This document shows, piece by piece, positions 1 to 12,149 of a stretch of DNA of 64,000 nt (position 1 is the first letter of the stretch; the number at the start of each line of letters is the position of its first letter). The position numbers and the translations under genes are program-made. The notes under the pieces were generated by a model that saw nothing but the letters and a program-made list of their open reading frames with translations, did no database searches and was not told the origin of the DNA. Source of the stretch: Cenococcum geophilum (taxonomy: Eukaryota). The DNA lies in NCBI GenBank assembly GCA_050273025.1, contig CP158635.1:27032001-27096000 (forward strand). The letters run 5' to 3'.

Positions 1-994
1 TGAAGTAATATAAACCGCAAGGTAAATGGATATTATATTAGCTTGCTTCGTCTACCAGTTTTATATGCTATTAATACAATAAGTAGAAGACGGCGAAGCT
101 TATAGCTACACGCTATAATTAATAAAATAACCTTTACTATAATGCTTATTACGGTTGCTTCTTTTAAAAAAGCAATAAGGTCTGTAATACCCTAGAGCTA
201 ATAAGACACATTAAAACTTAACCAACTTAGGAGGGAATTGCTATTGATTTATTCTAATTCTAAGGGGTATATTATAGGGGATTTTTATATTTAGTGCAAA
301 TAAATGGAGATAAATGCTTGTCACCTATATAAAATAGACACTAGCGAGGGTTACATTCTAAAGGGAATAAATAAGGCGTTGCTAAGGAGATAGTAATAAT
401 AATATGTTTCTCTTGTAACATATACTAGTAAAGGGGGAGTCCGCGTATACTGGATCTAGTTTTAGGAACTAGAACCTGTTTTTAGGAAATAAGCTAATTA
501 ACCGCTATAAAAAGAGGTTAACTGTATCCGTATTTGGCATGTTAGATTTAGCTTATTTTAGGACTAGTAATTGTTTGTTGGCGTTCTTAGGCGCCCCTTT
601 AGCCTCGCTATATAAGAGCTCTGCTGCATTAAAGCCTTACGCGTTACGGAACAAACTAAAACTAATAAGTATAACCAGTTATAGACCAGAAAACGCTACC
701 TACCTATTATGGCTTAGTATTTAACTAAGCCCTATAAAGCCTTAGTCTAAGCCGCGTTAGGTTAGCTTAACTTTTTTGCGCCTAATCTTTAATCCTCGCG
801 TTTGCTTGCACCTTGCTTTTTTCCTTATACTTTTCTCCCTAGTTATTTCCTTATTACAAGATACTACTAACGTGTTCTCGACCTCCCTGCACTTATCTAC
901 TATTATACCGTCCTTATATACTAGCATCTTTAATCTACCCTTTCCGCCTGCTACGTCAGCCCTCCTAATGTAGCTTTTGGCGCGTTTGCCCACA

Positions 995-3383
995 ATGGCA
1001 AATCTCTTTAGATTAGGGATAATTAAAACGAAACCTATTAGAGAAGGACTGAATAACTTTTGCAATTTATTTAACTTAGCTTATTAGGATCTAGATATCT
1101 CTAGCTTTTTAAACTTGTTATACTAGATAGGTAATAAAGGTAATTGCTAATATACCTATTATAAGTTTCTATTTAACGCTTATAGAACTGAAGAATATTT
1201 TGCTTAATCTAATACTAGCTCTATAGGGCCTTTACGCTTCTTATTTATTGCTATCTAACGGCGGCAATAAAAGCCTTTTTGTTAATCTATTAAGACTTAA
1301 TTTAGCGGTCGGTTCTAATGACTTTAATATTAAGCGGTTCCTGCCTCTTCTAAATGCGATCCTCCGCATTGAATCTAACGAGGTTATTTAGGAAAAGGTG
1401 TACGCTACTATTATAGAGTCTACCCCCCTGCTCTGACCGCTACCACTCTACGTTTAAACCCCGCATTTATGCAATATAAGCAGCTTTACTAACTTGTCCG
1501 AATGTAGGGAATACGTAGATTATGTTCTAAAGGAGGAGCTAGGCCCTCTTTATATGGGGATTCCTGGCTTATATAAAGCATTTTTTAGGGAAGTAAAAGG
1601 TCTTAAAAAGGCAAGCGCTGCCGTTTTTAAGAAATGTAAGGAAGGGGATAATCTACTATACGCTGAGGGCGGCTAGCGTGACTGGCCTAAAAGCGCAAAG
1701 CAAGATAATGTCCTAGTGTGGTTTAATAACCTAATTAAATTATTTTTAGGCTTTATAGAGGAGTATAGGTCTGCCCTAAAGATATAATAAACGCTTATCG
1801 TATATACTAAGCAGCCCTTATAAGGGTCTATAGTAAAGTAAAAGCTAGATATCGGGTTTGTGGACGATCCAATAGCTAGCGAAAGCTCTTAATGCTATTA
1901 GTCGTATATACTTATGCCAGAAGAGCTAAAAAGTAATCTAAATACTAATATAGCCTCGTAGGCATAGTTTAATTTAGGAAAATATATAAGAGAAGTCTTC
2001 GCCGCTTAGGACACTTGTCGCTTTATCTTAGGCTTTACCCTTTATAGATCTATTATGTGGCTATAGAAGTATAACCGGGTAGGAGGCATTGTATTATTAC
2101 TATTCGATATTAATAAAGACGGACTATAATTTACCTCGGCAATATTAGGGTTTCTCTTAATAAATAAAGAGCAGCTCGGGTTTAACCCTACTATTTTAAT
2201 ATCGGACGGCAAACGATATATTAAGGTCGTGCGTAATAATTAGACTAAGCGTCTTATCCTTAACGAACTTATAAAGCGGGCACCCTATATTACCGGTTAG
2301 GCGACAACTTGCTAGAAAGCGCACTGTAAGGGTAATACCTCTAAGATACCTCTTGTTATTAAAGACTCGTGGCAGTACCTAGAGCATAAGGAAGAAGGTA
2401 AACTACTGCGTAAGGCAGCGGAGAAAGGAGTAATTAACGTGGCTAGGTACTATCACCATAGGACTATTTATATAGGTGGATAAGATAATAACATCTTTAA
2501 TATCTATAAGGGGTTGGATATTACTAAAGTAATAAACTACAAGCCTAAAAGCCTAATGGTGCCTTTAAGCGTAGCTAGAGTGTAAGGTAGTATAAGAAAA
2601 GGCCAAAGTACTAGTAGAAAGAGGTCGTCTAGCTATACTAACGCCCTATTACCGCTTAATAAGCGCCCGTATTTAAGCTCTCTAATTAAGCGCCCTATTA
2701 TATAGAATTAGGTATATTAACGCGTCATTACCTACGATTATAAAAAGGCTCTTTACAAGGCAAGCTCTCTAGTTATAATGCTTACTGCGCTAAAGGGTAG
2801 CATTAAAGGATATAAGTCTTTATATACGCAGGCTAGCATCCTTTAACGTAACATTTTAATAGGCAACCTCTTAATGAACGAGGAAGACGATAATCCCTCC
2901 TAGAAGTTATTCTTAATTAATCTTAATCTCGCGATTAAAGAGAAGCGAGAAGGACCTTCGGGAGTATAGGGTAAAACCAGTATAAGAGCGTTTATGGCTA
3001 TAGGAGTACTTCTAGGCGAAAAACACTCCTTTAGGTATAATTTAGAGTCGTTCTTCTAGGTGCTTTTTTAGATGTGTATTTATTATAAGGGTCTAAATAA
3101 GGAGCGTAAGCCTATTCTAAGGTTTAAGAAGTGGAATTATATGGACACTAAAGAGCTAGCTAAGTTAAAAAAAGGAGAGGTGGCTTATAAAGGTGATTTC
3201 ATTAAAATAGCGGAGGAGTACTTTACGCCGTACTATTAGTTATTAGTCCCCTAGGTTAATAGGCTCCGGAAAGTAGTATTTCTAAATAGTAGGAGGTAGG
3301 AAAAGGATAATCTAGAGCTATATTCTAGGATAAAGAAGATACTCTAGCAAGTATAGAAGGATCTAAAGGTATTGGCAGAGTAG
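995..3383 (+). pseudogene. RIP-inactivated FunK1 (Pkinase_fungal / Sgk2-like) protein kinase
   Basis: ATG at 995. Motifs read with RIP reverted: LVIKDSWQY (~2353), ILQRDISIGNLL (~2838), FLIDLDLA (~2910), TGTRAFMAIGVL (~2977), HSFRHDLESFFWVL (~3023). TAG at 3381-3383. Many TGG/CAG->TAG stops. Confidence 0.88.
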
Positions 3384-3659
3384 ATAGAATAATATTTTAT
3401 TGTCCTATACTCTTCTATAGTATAACTAAAAATTTAGGCAGCTAAGGCTAGGTAGCAGCCTTGGTTAAAACGTATATAAAATAGCGTAGGGCGAGTCGCT
3501 AGGGCTAAATAAACCCGGGAAAGCGGATAACTTAATCTTCCGCTAGATTATCAGATCCCTATACCCTATTATCCTATATAGGCTTTATATTTCTACAAAA
3601 CATATAATCTACTCCCTAGCCTATTAGAAGCCACTTTATGCCGCCTAAATAGAGGCTGT

Positions 3660-4160
3660 AGGAGAATTAATCCCTTTCTCTAACTAATCCCCTACCTAAA
3701 TAAGTCCCCTACTTAAACAAATCCCCTATAGGAGCTAATGCCTATATATTTCGCCGCCCTATAGGAACCAATCCCCTACTCCTAATAATCCCTTACGGGA
3801 TCCGATCCCCTACTCTAATAAATCCCCTATGGGATTTACTCCCCTATGGGATCTACTCCCCTATAGTAACAAATCCCCTACGGTAATAAATCCCCTACGC
3901 TAACGAATCCCCTACGGGTGCTAATGCCTACGTATTCTACCGCCCTACGGGAACTAATCCCCTACGGCTTGCATTCCTGTATAGCTTTTACTCCCCTATA
4001 GGAGCCTATAGCCACGTTTTCCTCTCCCCTACGGGAACCAATGCCCTGCGGCTTCCGTTTTTCTATTCTTAGATCTACTACAGAACAAATCCCCTATAAA
4101 TTCCGTTCCTATATATAGTAACCATATCTTCTACTGCCCTGTAAGAACTATACCCTATCC
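3660..4160. repeat. Degenerate tandem repeat with core AATCCCCTAYGG
   Basis: More than 15 copies of (a/c)tcccctac/tagg at irregular spacing, mostly ~17-22 bp. Confidence 0.8.
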
Positions 4161-4429
4161 TTTAACCCGTTAAGGTGTAACGCCAAGCTGCACTATATAT
4201 AAACACCGTGCTGTTTTATATGCAGGATTCCGTTTTATATAAATGGACTATATTGGAGTAAATATCTGGCCAAGCTTAATTAAGGACTAGCTCTATAGAT
4301 AGATATATATATATTTAAACGGCCTTATATCGCTATAGTTCTTATTATTAAAGCTTAAACAAGAGGTTCTGATTGGCTATGTCCTTATTAATAACGTAGG
4401 ACTAAAGATAACGGGTTAAGGGATAGCTC

Positions 4430-4660
4430 CTACTCCTGTACGGCTTTTACTGCCGTATAAAAACTAATGGCGATTTCTTCCGCTCCCCTACGGAAACTAA
4501 TCTCGTATAGCTTGCGGTTCTCTATAGGGATTATTACCCGCTTTCTTTGTCGCCTTATAGCTTTTAATTCCTTATGGGAACTAACGCTTATATCTTCTAC
4601 TCCCCTACGGGAACTAATGCCCTGTAGCTTCCGTTCTCCTATTCCTAGATCTATAAGCGA
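4430..4660. repeat. Second block of the same CTCCCCTACGG repeat family
   Basis: Repeated ctcccctacgg(g/a)aactaat units related to 3940-4080. Confidence 0.65.
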
Positions 4661-5018
4661 TTTGCCCGCGCCATAGCCTACCGTATAGGCCTTATTATTA
4701 TAAAAGTAAGTAAGTAATTTTGAGAAAGTAATAAGTAATAATGCCACTAGCTATAAGATCTATAAGATATTTAATACTGTATGTATATAAGCGAATCTAT
4801 ATATATAAGTTTATATTCTTAACTAATCCAGCACCTTTAAAGTTACTTTTAAAATCTTTATTTAACGTAAGAGCCTTGTCTAAATACTTATATGTAAGTT
4901 TCTCCCCCTTACTTTTAGCTAAGCCGTAGCTAATCTATATAGTGTTCTTGATCTAATATAGTATATTAGCACTAGGCTTAAAACTTTTACTTAAACATTA
5001 CCTTACCTATCTTCCGTT

Positions 5019-7150
5019 TAATTAATGGTTTAAAAGCCGCTCCATATCCCTTCTAGAGATATTAGCAGCAGCATTAGCTTACTTTAGGAAGTTTTTCCAT
5101 ACCTGCTTTCTTGCTAGTTTTTTTAGCTTATTATATCTAAATGTAAGATGTATTCTGCTCTATATAGCTGCATTAAATATAGTAATCCTATTTGTTATAA
5201 GAAATATAATGCCTTAGAAATACTCTATCTATCGCAGAAAGATGGATACTAGGCTATTACGTTAAACATTATTTAAAGTTCTTTCTATAAGAAAGACATT
5301 GGCCTTATCTAAAAGAAGGATAGCGCTCTAGCGGTAAACGTTTTTAACTATTAGAGCTAGGTTTTGTTTTAAATGGGCTAGATCTATATTAAGGTCTCCC
5401 GCATAAGCCTTCTTATAGTTAAACTAGTATATAAATACACTTATAAGGGGGAACAAACTATATAGAGGGGTCTCCTCTAAGATTTGGCAAGTGCTTTAGC
5501 TATTAACGTCTTTCCTACCCTAGGTGGGCTACTAAAACGGTCAGCCTTTGAAACAGCTAATGCCTTACCAGAAAACTTACTATAGTAAGAAAACTAGGCC
5601 TTTCCCCTTCCCTTTAATTATATTATTAAACTTTGATTTCCCGGACTTAGACTAGTAGCTCTTTATAAGTCCTTAAAGCACTATTTTCTTATCCTTATTA
5701 ATTGCGAGTGACTTAAATACTAAGGCATTCTAATTAATGTCCTTAATATTAGCGACGGTAAATTCACCTATTAGTGCTTATATTAGTATATCGCTAGCTC
5801 TAAAAAAAGAGTATAGAAAGCCTAACCCTATTTTTTGTCTGCTAAACTAAAGGCTAGGGCTATTAGTAGACAGATTAGGTACTTATTATCTCCTATCTCC
5901 TTAGGAACTAAACCCTAATTCTTTATATTACCTTACTAATTAGTCCCTTGATTGTACACGCCAATTCTATATATATCTATAGCAATTAATTGCTTGCTAT
6001 AGTTAGGATTCTAATAATAAAATGCTATTGTGTCCACTATAATACGGCCGCTTGTAGAAAATCTTAACAGGCTATCTTTAGTCCAGAAAAACGCGATCCC
6101 TTTATATTTACGGTGGTTAATGCCTCTTAAAGACATAAACTTCCGGCCATTACTAATAAGATCCTGCTTTATCTCGGCTTGCCTCTTATAATGCTCTAGT
6201 AGAAATACTTTAAGAGACATAATTTTTATAGTTAAACGGAATTCCGGAATAGAGAGGGTGGTTTTTACCTCGCTAAATGCCTTCCTATCGTAGCTAAAAT
6301 AGTAATAGTTAAGTTCGAAGCTCTTTTTGCTAAAAAGTAAGGTTTTAAAGTTGCCTAAATTATATATAAGGCATCTTAGTTAATCTAAGCCTTTGTAAAT
6401 TATAAGGATGTGCGTATTTAGTTTAAATAAGGCCTAAAGGAGATTAAAATTAATTTCGCTATAGTCTAGAAGCGGTAGGAGACTATTAGTTATAGGCGCG
6501 AAATAGTCTTTAAGGAATTTTAGTAACCCCTAAAGGTGCTTAGCGCCGATTAAGTCGGGAGAAAAACTCTCCTAGTGTGTTTTTAACTAGGGTAGGAAAT
6601 TAAATATAAGGTTTATAGGAATCTAGAAGTTAAATTAGAATCAGCTATATCTGTATAAAGGTCTACTTACTATAGGCTTGTCTTCCTGAAGGGAGATAGC
6701 TTGTACGCTGTTTAGTACCACCTATAAGGCGTCTCTTACTTCTCCTAAATTTATACTTAGGTACGTGCTATAGTCTTTCTTATCCTTTTCTAGCTTAAAG
6801 TTAGTATCTAAGTTGATATATTTAAAGGCACCTAAGAGATAAACTAAATTTCTTCCTAAGGATATAAATATACTAATTATGCATATTACGCTTACTTAAC
6901 GTATCCGGTAAAGTCTCTATGGTCTTATACTAGCAGCTTTATTTATCCTAGCTGTAGTAGACGCTGTATTAGCGTATTTCCAAGTATATTTTAGGGATTT
7001 CGTAAGTATATATCTTATTTAATACCTTAACTTTAACCTTAGAACCTCTTACTTCGGGTATCTCTTTAACCCCTAAACTCGTAGGGGGAGGTAGAGGAGG
7101 TGGAGGAGGTGGAGGAGGTTGGACTGCCTAGAGTATCTTTAATACGGTTA
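5019..7150 (-). pseudogene. RIP-inactivated fungal AAA+ ATPase (multi-exon)
   Basis: Minus strand: GKGKGLVFLL (~5590-5612), Walker A PPGVGKTLTA (~5498-5528), RNSLVSIFLR.MEYF.GI.FLTTNR (~5185-5262), poly-Pro near the N-terminus (7085-7120). Short GT-AG introns, e.g. ~5533-5580. Ends approximate. Confidence 0.85.
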
Positions 7151-7904
7151 TAAGCGTTTGAGAGAGAAGAAGCTGCGCTGGTTGCTTATAATATAGATGC
7201 GTTTAGCTTAGGCTACTAGGGGGGGTATTTATGCTATTATAAGGCAGTGAAGGCGCTGGCGTAACGGGCTTGGATGTAACTGGTATTGCTACTCTATAAA
7301 GCTTTAGTAACGTAACACTAATCTAAAAAAGGAGCTAAGTGGAAAGAGGAGCTGGATAGTATTGTTTTTTAGGCTAGATCCGCCCTTTTTTTATACGATA
7401 TAAGTTATGCTACGGGTATATCTACACCCCTCTTCTAGTAATAGACTACCCTCCCTAATTAATCCTAGCGGACTTTAGTTGAGATACGTTAATATTGTCT
7501 CTGTTGTGGTAAATAAAGCTATGGTATATGTGCTTGCTATATCTATAGAAATAGTCCCCTAGCTTATATATAGGATTTTAACTCTAGTACTAGAGCGAGC
7601 TTAAAAATAGACATCGCCTAAAGTATGGAAGTGCTCTAATTAATATATAGGAGATAGGTAATGTCTTAGGTTGAATTAAAGATATAAGTGTAGAATTGGT
7701 GCTAGTAATGCTGGCCGGATTATAGCAAGCGATCTAGCTGTGCATTGTTTAGCTAGGGGAAGTGGTATATAATTAGGTTAACCAGTCTTATCTTGTCTCG
7801 TCTTATCTTATCTTTTCTCTTCTTTTTCTTCCCGTCTCTTCTTGTCTTGCTCTTTTTCGTCCCAGCTCTCTTTATCCTTCTTTTTATTCTTAGTTAAACT
7901 TTTA

Positions 7905-9150
7905 ATGGCGTTAAATAACTGGTTTTACGAGCTTCTTAAGGAAAAAAGAAAGACGTTTAACGCTAATACGCATTTATTACCCTCCTATTAGAATAACGCG
8001 TTTAAATCGTGCCTTAAGGTGCTGTAAGAAAACGTGATATCCTTAGGGAAACGTTTAAAGGCGCGACGAAGTGTAAGGCTACGTGCACGCACTCTATTAA
8101 TAGATGTTTTTATTAGCTTAGGTCCTAAAGTATTCCTCCTATATACTTTAGTAGCGCCTATCTTAAGGCTAGCAACGGTATTGGTAAAAAACCTCCTCTA
8201 AGAGCTTTGAGAATGGTGGGAGAATCGCCCCTACCCCCGTGGTCTTGTAGTTGCTACTAGTACACTTTATAAGGCTAATTTAATTAGCACGTTGATTCCT
8301 TCGCCTCTAAAACGTCTATCTTTAGAGGTAGATCCCTCTACTAGTATAAAAGAGCCTTGTATTTTAAATGAATTATTAATAAATATTATTAGAGGAACCC
8401 CTAATATTAGCCTAAGACTCTTAGTTATTAGAGAGGAATTCTAAAGCTTTAATCCCTTAGGACGCTGATTGAACGCTTAGTATATAAGTCTTAGGTATTT
8501 GTTAATTGGTTACTTATATATCCTAGAGCAAGATTTATCGCAAAAGAAAAGTACAATCTTATCTGATAATCCTAAAACCAACGGTTAGACACCTTATTCC
8601 CCAAATTTAATATATAAATACTTATTTAAGATAAATACCTCTTCCAAGAGTCCTCCAAGCGCTATTATACTAGTGTATTATTAAATTATAGATAAACCAT
8701 TATTAAAGCGTCCCCGGTTAGAATTATAGTAAACTTTAGGTCTATAAAATAACCTTTAATAAGATGTTGTATTTATGGTTAACATTAAATAGGAAATCTA
8801 ATATTACTAGGGGAGGGCTAGTACTTTTCTTTCTTATTTATAAGGCACTATATAATTAAAAATCTCCCTAAGCTATTTCGCACTAGGATGCAGACAAGTA
8901 ATTTATAGAGAAAGGAAAAGGAGAGAGGAGGACTAGTAGTTATAAATTGCCTATCTATATATATGCTAAAAAAGGATAATAAGGACGCTTTTATTATACT
9001 TAGGATTAGTCACGGTTATAAATAAAATATCTTTAATTTATTTGGTTTAGGGGACCTAGATACTCTAGAGCTTTTAAAAAATACTATAAAAGAAGCTAGA
9101 GATTAACTCTTATCTATAAATAAATAGTATATATTACTTTAGGTTACTAC
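7905..9150 (+). pseudogene. RIP-inactivated gene of unknown function
   Basis: ATG at ~7905 followed by a plausible frame once RIP stops are reverted (…RARTLLMDVF…LGPEVFLLCT…LREWWENRP…). No family recognised. 3' end approximate. Confidence 0.4.
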
Positions 9151-9313
9151 TTATTACTACCTCTTCTCTAACTTAATTTGTGCCCTTATTATATAATATT
9201 TATACCTAGTAAGAACCTCTCTTATTACTTATCTATCTTCTATACCTAAAGCTTTAACCAGCTTCCCTTCGCCGTCTTTAATATTACATAATCCGCCTTT
9301 AAATGTTATAGTT

Positions 9314-9843
9314 ATGTCCTCTATTATCTTAAATATATAACCTCTAATTATCTCCTATTCCCCACTAAACGCCTTATCTCTAGCCTTAGCGGATATAATC
9401 TATATAGCTAGAAGTGCGACCGCGTAAGTTAGTGGGACTAGTAGCTATAAAGGAGAGGTGTTCTATAGATGTAAAATATTAAGCAAATATTGTCTTTTAT
9501 AAAGCGTTCTTAATTATAAATAGCCGTCTAAGGAGGAATGGCGGCTAATTTAGGAATTTATTTTAGAATAAAAGGCTATAAAGCATATACGCATTAAAGC
9601 ATAACTATTATAAAAGATATAAGTAATTAGGTATATACTGCGCGGAATAGCTAAGCTAATATTTACCTTAATGGCAAGAATAGAATTACTAAATAACTAT
9701 AAGAGGCAGAACGCAAGATATATAAAAAGAGGTAAATTATAGGCTTAAATGGAGAGCAGCTTTGCGGAACTGCGCTATAAATAATTAGTAAAGTAGGGTT
9801 AAAGGAAATTTATAAGGGAAAATAGAGGTGTTACTGCAGTTAA
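9314..9843 (+). pseudogene. RIP-inactivated small gene of unknown function
   Basis: ATG at 9314. The frame ends …QLCGTAL…GLKEIYEGKWRCHCS* (RIP reverted). Family not identified. Confidence 0.35.
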
Positions 9844-10539
9844 TAGGTTTATGGCTACTTAGTTATTAGTGCCCAATAGAAAGGCTTATATAAAAGAATT
9901 ACTAAGCGGCTACCTTTTGGGCTAAGCTGCGGCCGGATTTGCCCTACCCTACTATTAAAGCTTTCTAGCGCAGAATATCACGTATATAATTAGGCCACCA
10001 GCCAAATAACGGGTAAGGCGTCCACTATAATGCGCATTTTAGCTATATATTGGAGTCACCGGATATATAGCCCCTCCGCTAACTAAAATATCTCATAAGG
10101 ATTGGATTCTTGTGGCTCGTTCTTATTTATAAGGCAAATTAACTACAGCTAGTTTATGCGCCTTTACATTATATACATAAGTTAATTAATTATTAATGCC
10201 CGACTTCATATTATTTGGACTACTATTTAGTTTTAGCTGTATTATATAATTTAAATTAGCTGGCTAGGTTGTAAACATAGTTTTAGTTTTATATTCTTTA
10301 TAGCTAGCCTATAACCAAACTAGCGCAAACAACAAATACTAGAGAAAATGTATTACTGTTTATATTAACTAGATCCGGATAACATAGGGTTGGTGCATCT
10401 GCTATAAATACTAATCCTATCCAAGAATAGCGTCTAAAATCTAGGGTAAATAATAGATTAGTCAGCCAGATACTAGGATTTTGCTACCCCTTTAAAGCCC
10501 TTACTATTTCAACACCATAAACCTTATTATAGTGCTACC

Positions 10540-11260
10540 CCCTAGCTGCAGCTATAAGAATTTTATCGGCTGGGGAATTTTAGGCACTGTGTATTGCGAC
10601 GAACTTTAAAACAAGGTTATTAAAGCTCTAAACGACGCGAATTCTCGACGCTTTATTGAAGTTGAAAAGGAGATCTATAAGAGACTCGGTTAATATAATG
10701 GACTCTTATAATACTATAGCAGCGAACTTTTCTAGAAGGATAACTGTATAGCGATATATCTAAAACACGCTCTAAACGGCCAGCTCTATAGGTTTCTTTA
10801 GAACAAAAGCAATAACGTTAATCGAACTTTATAAATGCGTTAGATTTTACAGCTTATAGACGTTCTTAAATATGTTTACTCTAGAGGTGTTATATATAGT
10901 AATATTTCGTACTATAATATTCTCTTAGATAAATATTTAAACGCAAAGCTAATTAATTTTGCTAGTTTATTAATTAATAGATCTCCTCTTCTTGCTTTAT
11001 ACTTAGTTTAAGCCTAACCTTTGTATCTAAGTACGCCTTAGAAGGACGAAATTTTTGCCTTTGGATCGGCTTATTATTATATCTTAATGCGTTATATTGC
11101 CTTTTATAAACTTTCCAACGACGATATAGAGGATCGTTATAAATAAGGAATATTTCCCGAATTAAAGTCCCTAGGGGCGTTTGGAGTCATTATTAGAGGC
11201 TATTAAAACGGCAAATATAACCACATAGATAGTGTTATTAAAGAAATGGGTAAGTAAGGT
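10540..11260 (+). pseudogene. RIP-inactivated protein kinase domain
   Basis: Gly loop FIGWGISGTVY (~10562), VIK, catalytic loop GVIHGDISCHNILL (~10886), AKLIDFAGSS (~10943), all with RIP reverted. Confidence 0.8.
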
Positions 11261-12149
11261 ATATTTATAAAACTAGGAGTTTTAACTATCTAAACTTATT
11301 TACAGGTTTAAGGAATCCATCCCTAGTAATAGCGCCGCGGCATTTCCTCTACACTTTTAAGGCTTTCCTTTTAATATTTACGAAATCTTGTCTTTGGCTT
11401 AAAAATCTAAAGGCTTTTCTGTCTAGATTTATACTTTACCTATTTCTTAGGCGTTATTGGCGTTAACGTAATAAAGGTAAGTTTATGCTTTATAAGTCTA
11501 TTAGTCTTACTATCCTTATATATAGTGTAATATACTAACTATCCTTTATTTAGAACATGCTAGATAATTTCTAATTATTAGCGAGCTCCTAAACTGCGCC
11601 GTACTTTATATTATAGGTATTAGGTTAGAATACGCTTGCCCGCCTTATATAATAGCGCTAGGGTAGGGGATAATATAATTTATCTTTAAGGAATGTCTTG
11701 GTCTCTTTTAGCACTTTTTATATTAAACAGTAATCTTGGTAGATTGGCACATCTTAAGTATAGAGAAGTTTATAATTTAACGAAATATTTTAAGTATATT
11801 AATAGTAAAAGAGGATTCGTAATATAAACGAATAGGTGCTGTAATGCCTAGTAATATAATAAGTCTTACAACTTATAAGGCTCCGTTTTAATTAGATATA
11901 TATAATATAAATAAGTTAGTAGCGAAATTTAGATGAAAACGGCTGCATATAGCAATACCGCCTTAAGAAAATATACTTAAATAATTAGACTACTAAATGC
12001 AAACCCCGGCTTCCTATTTCCGCAGGACTAACCAAAATATAAAAATACGCCCATGCTACTAGCCCCGTCTCTTCTACACGGTAACCCTGCCCTTTACTTT
12101 CGCAACTTTAGAAAAAAAGTGCACCTGTGATAATCTAGCTTTGGCTTAC

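Noticed and set aside
539..973. Short ORFs at the window start
   Set aside because: RIPped AT-rich DNA with non-ATG starts and no recognisable motifs.
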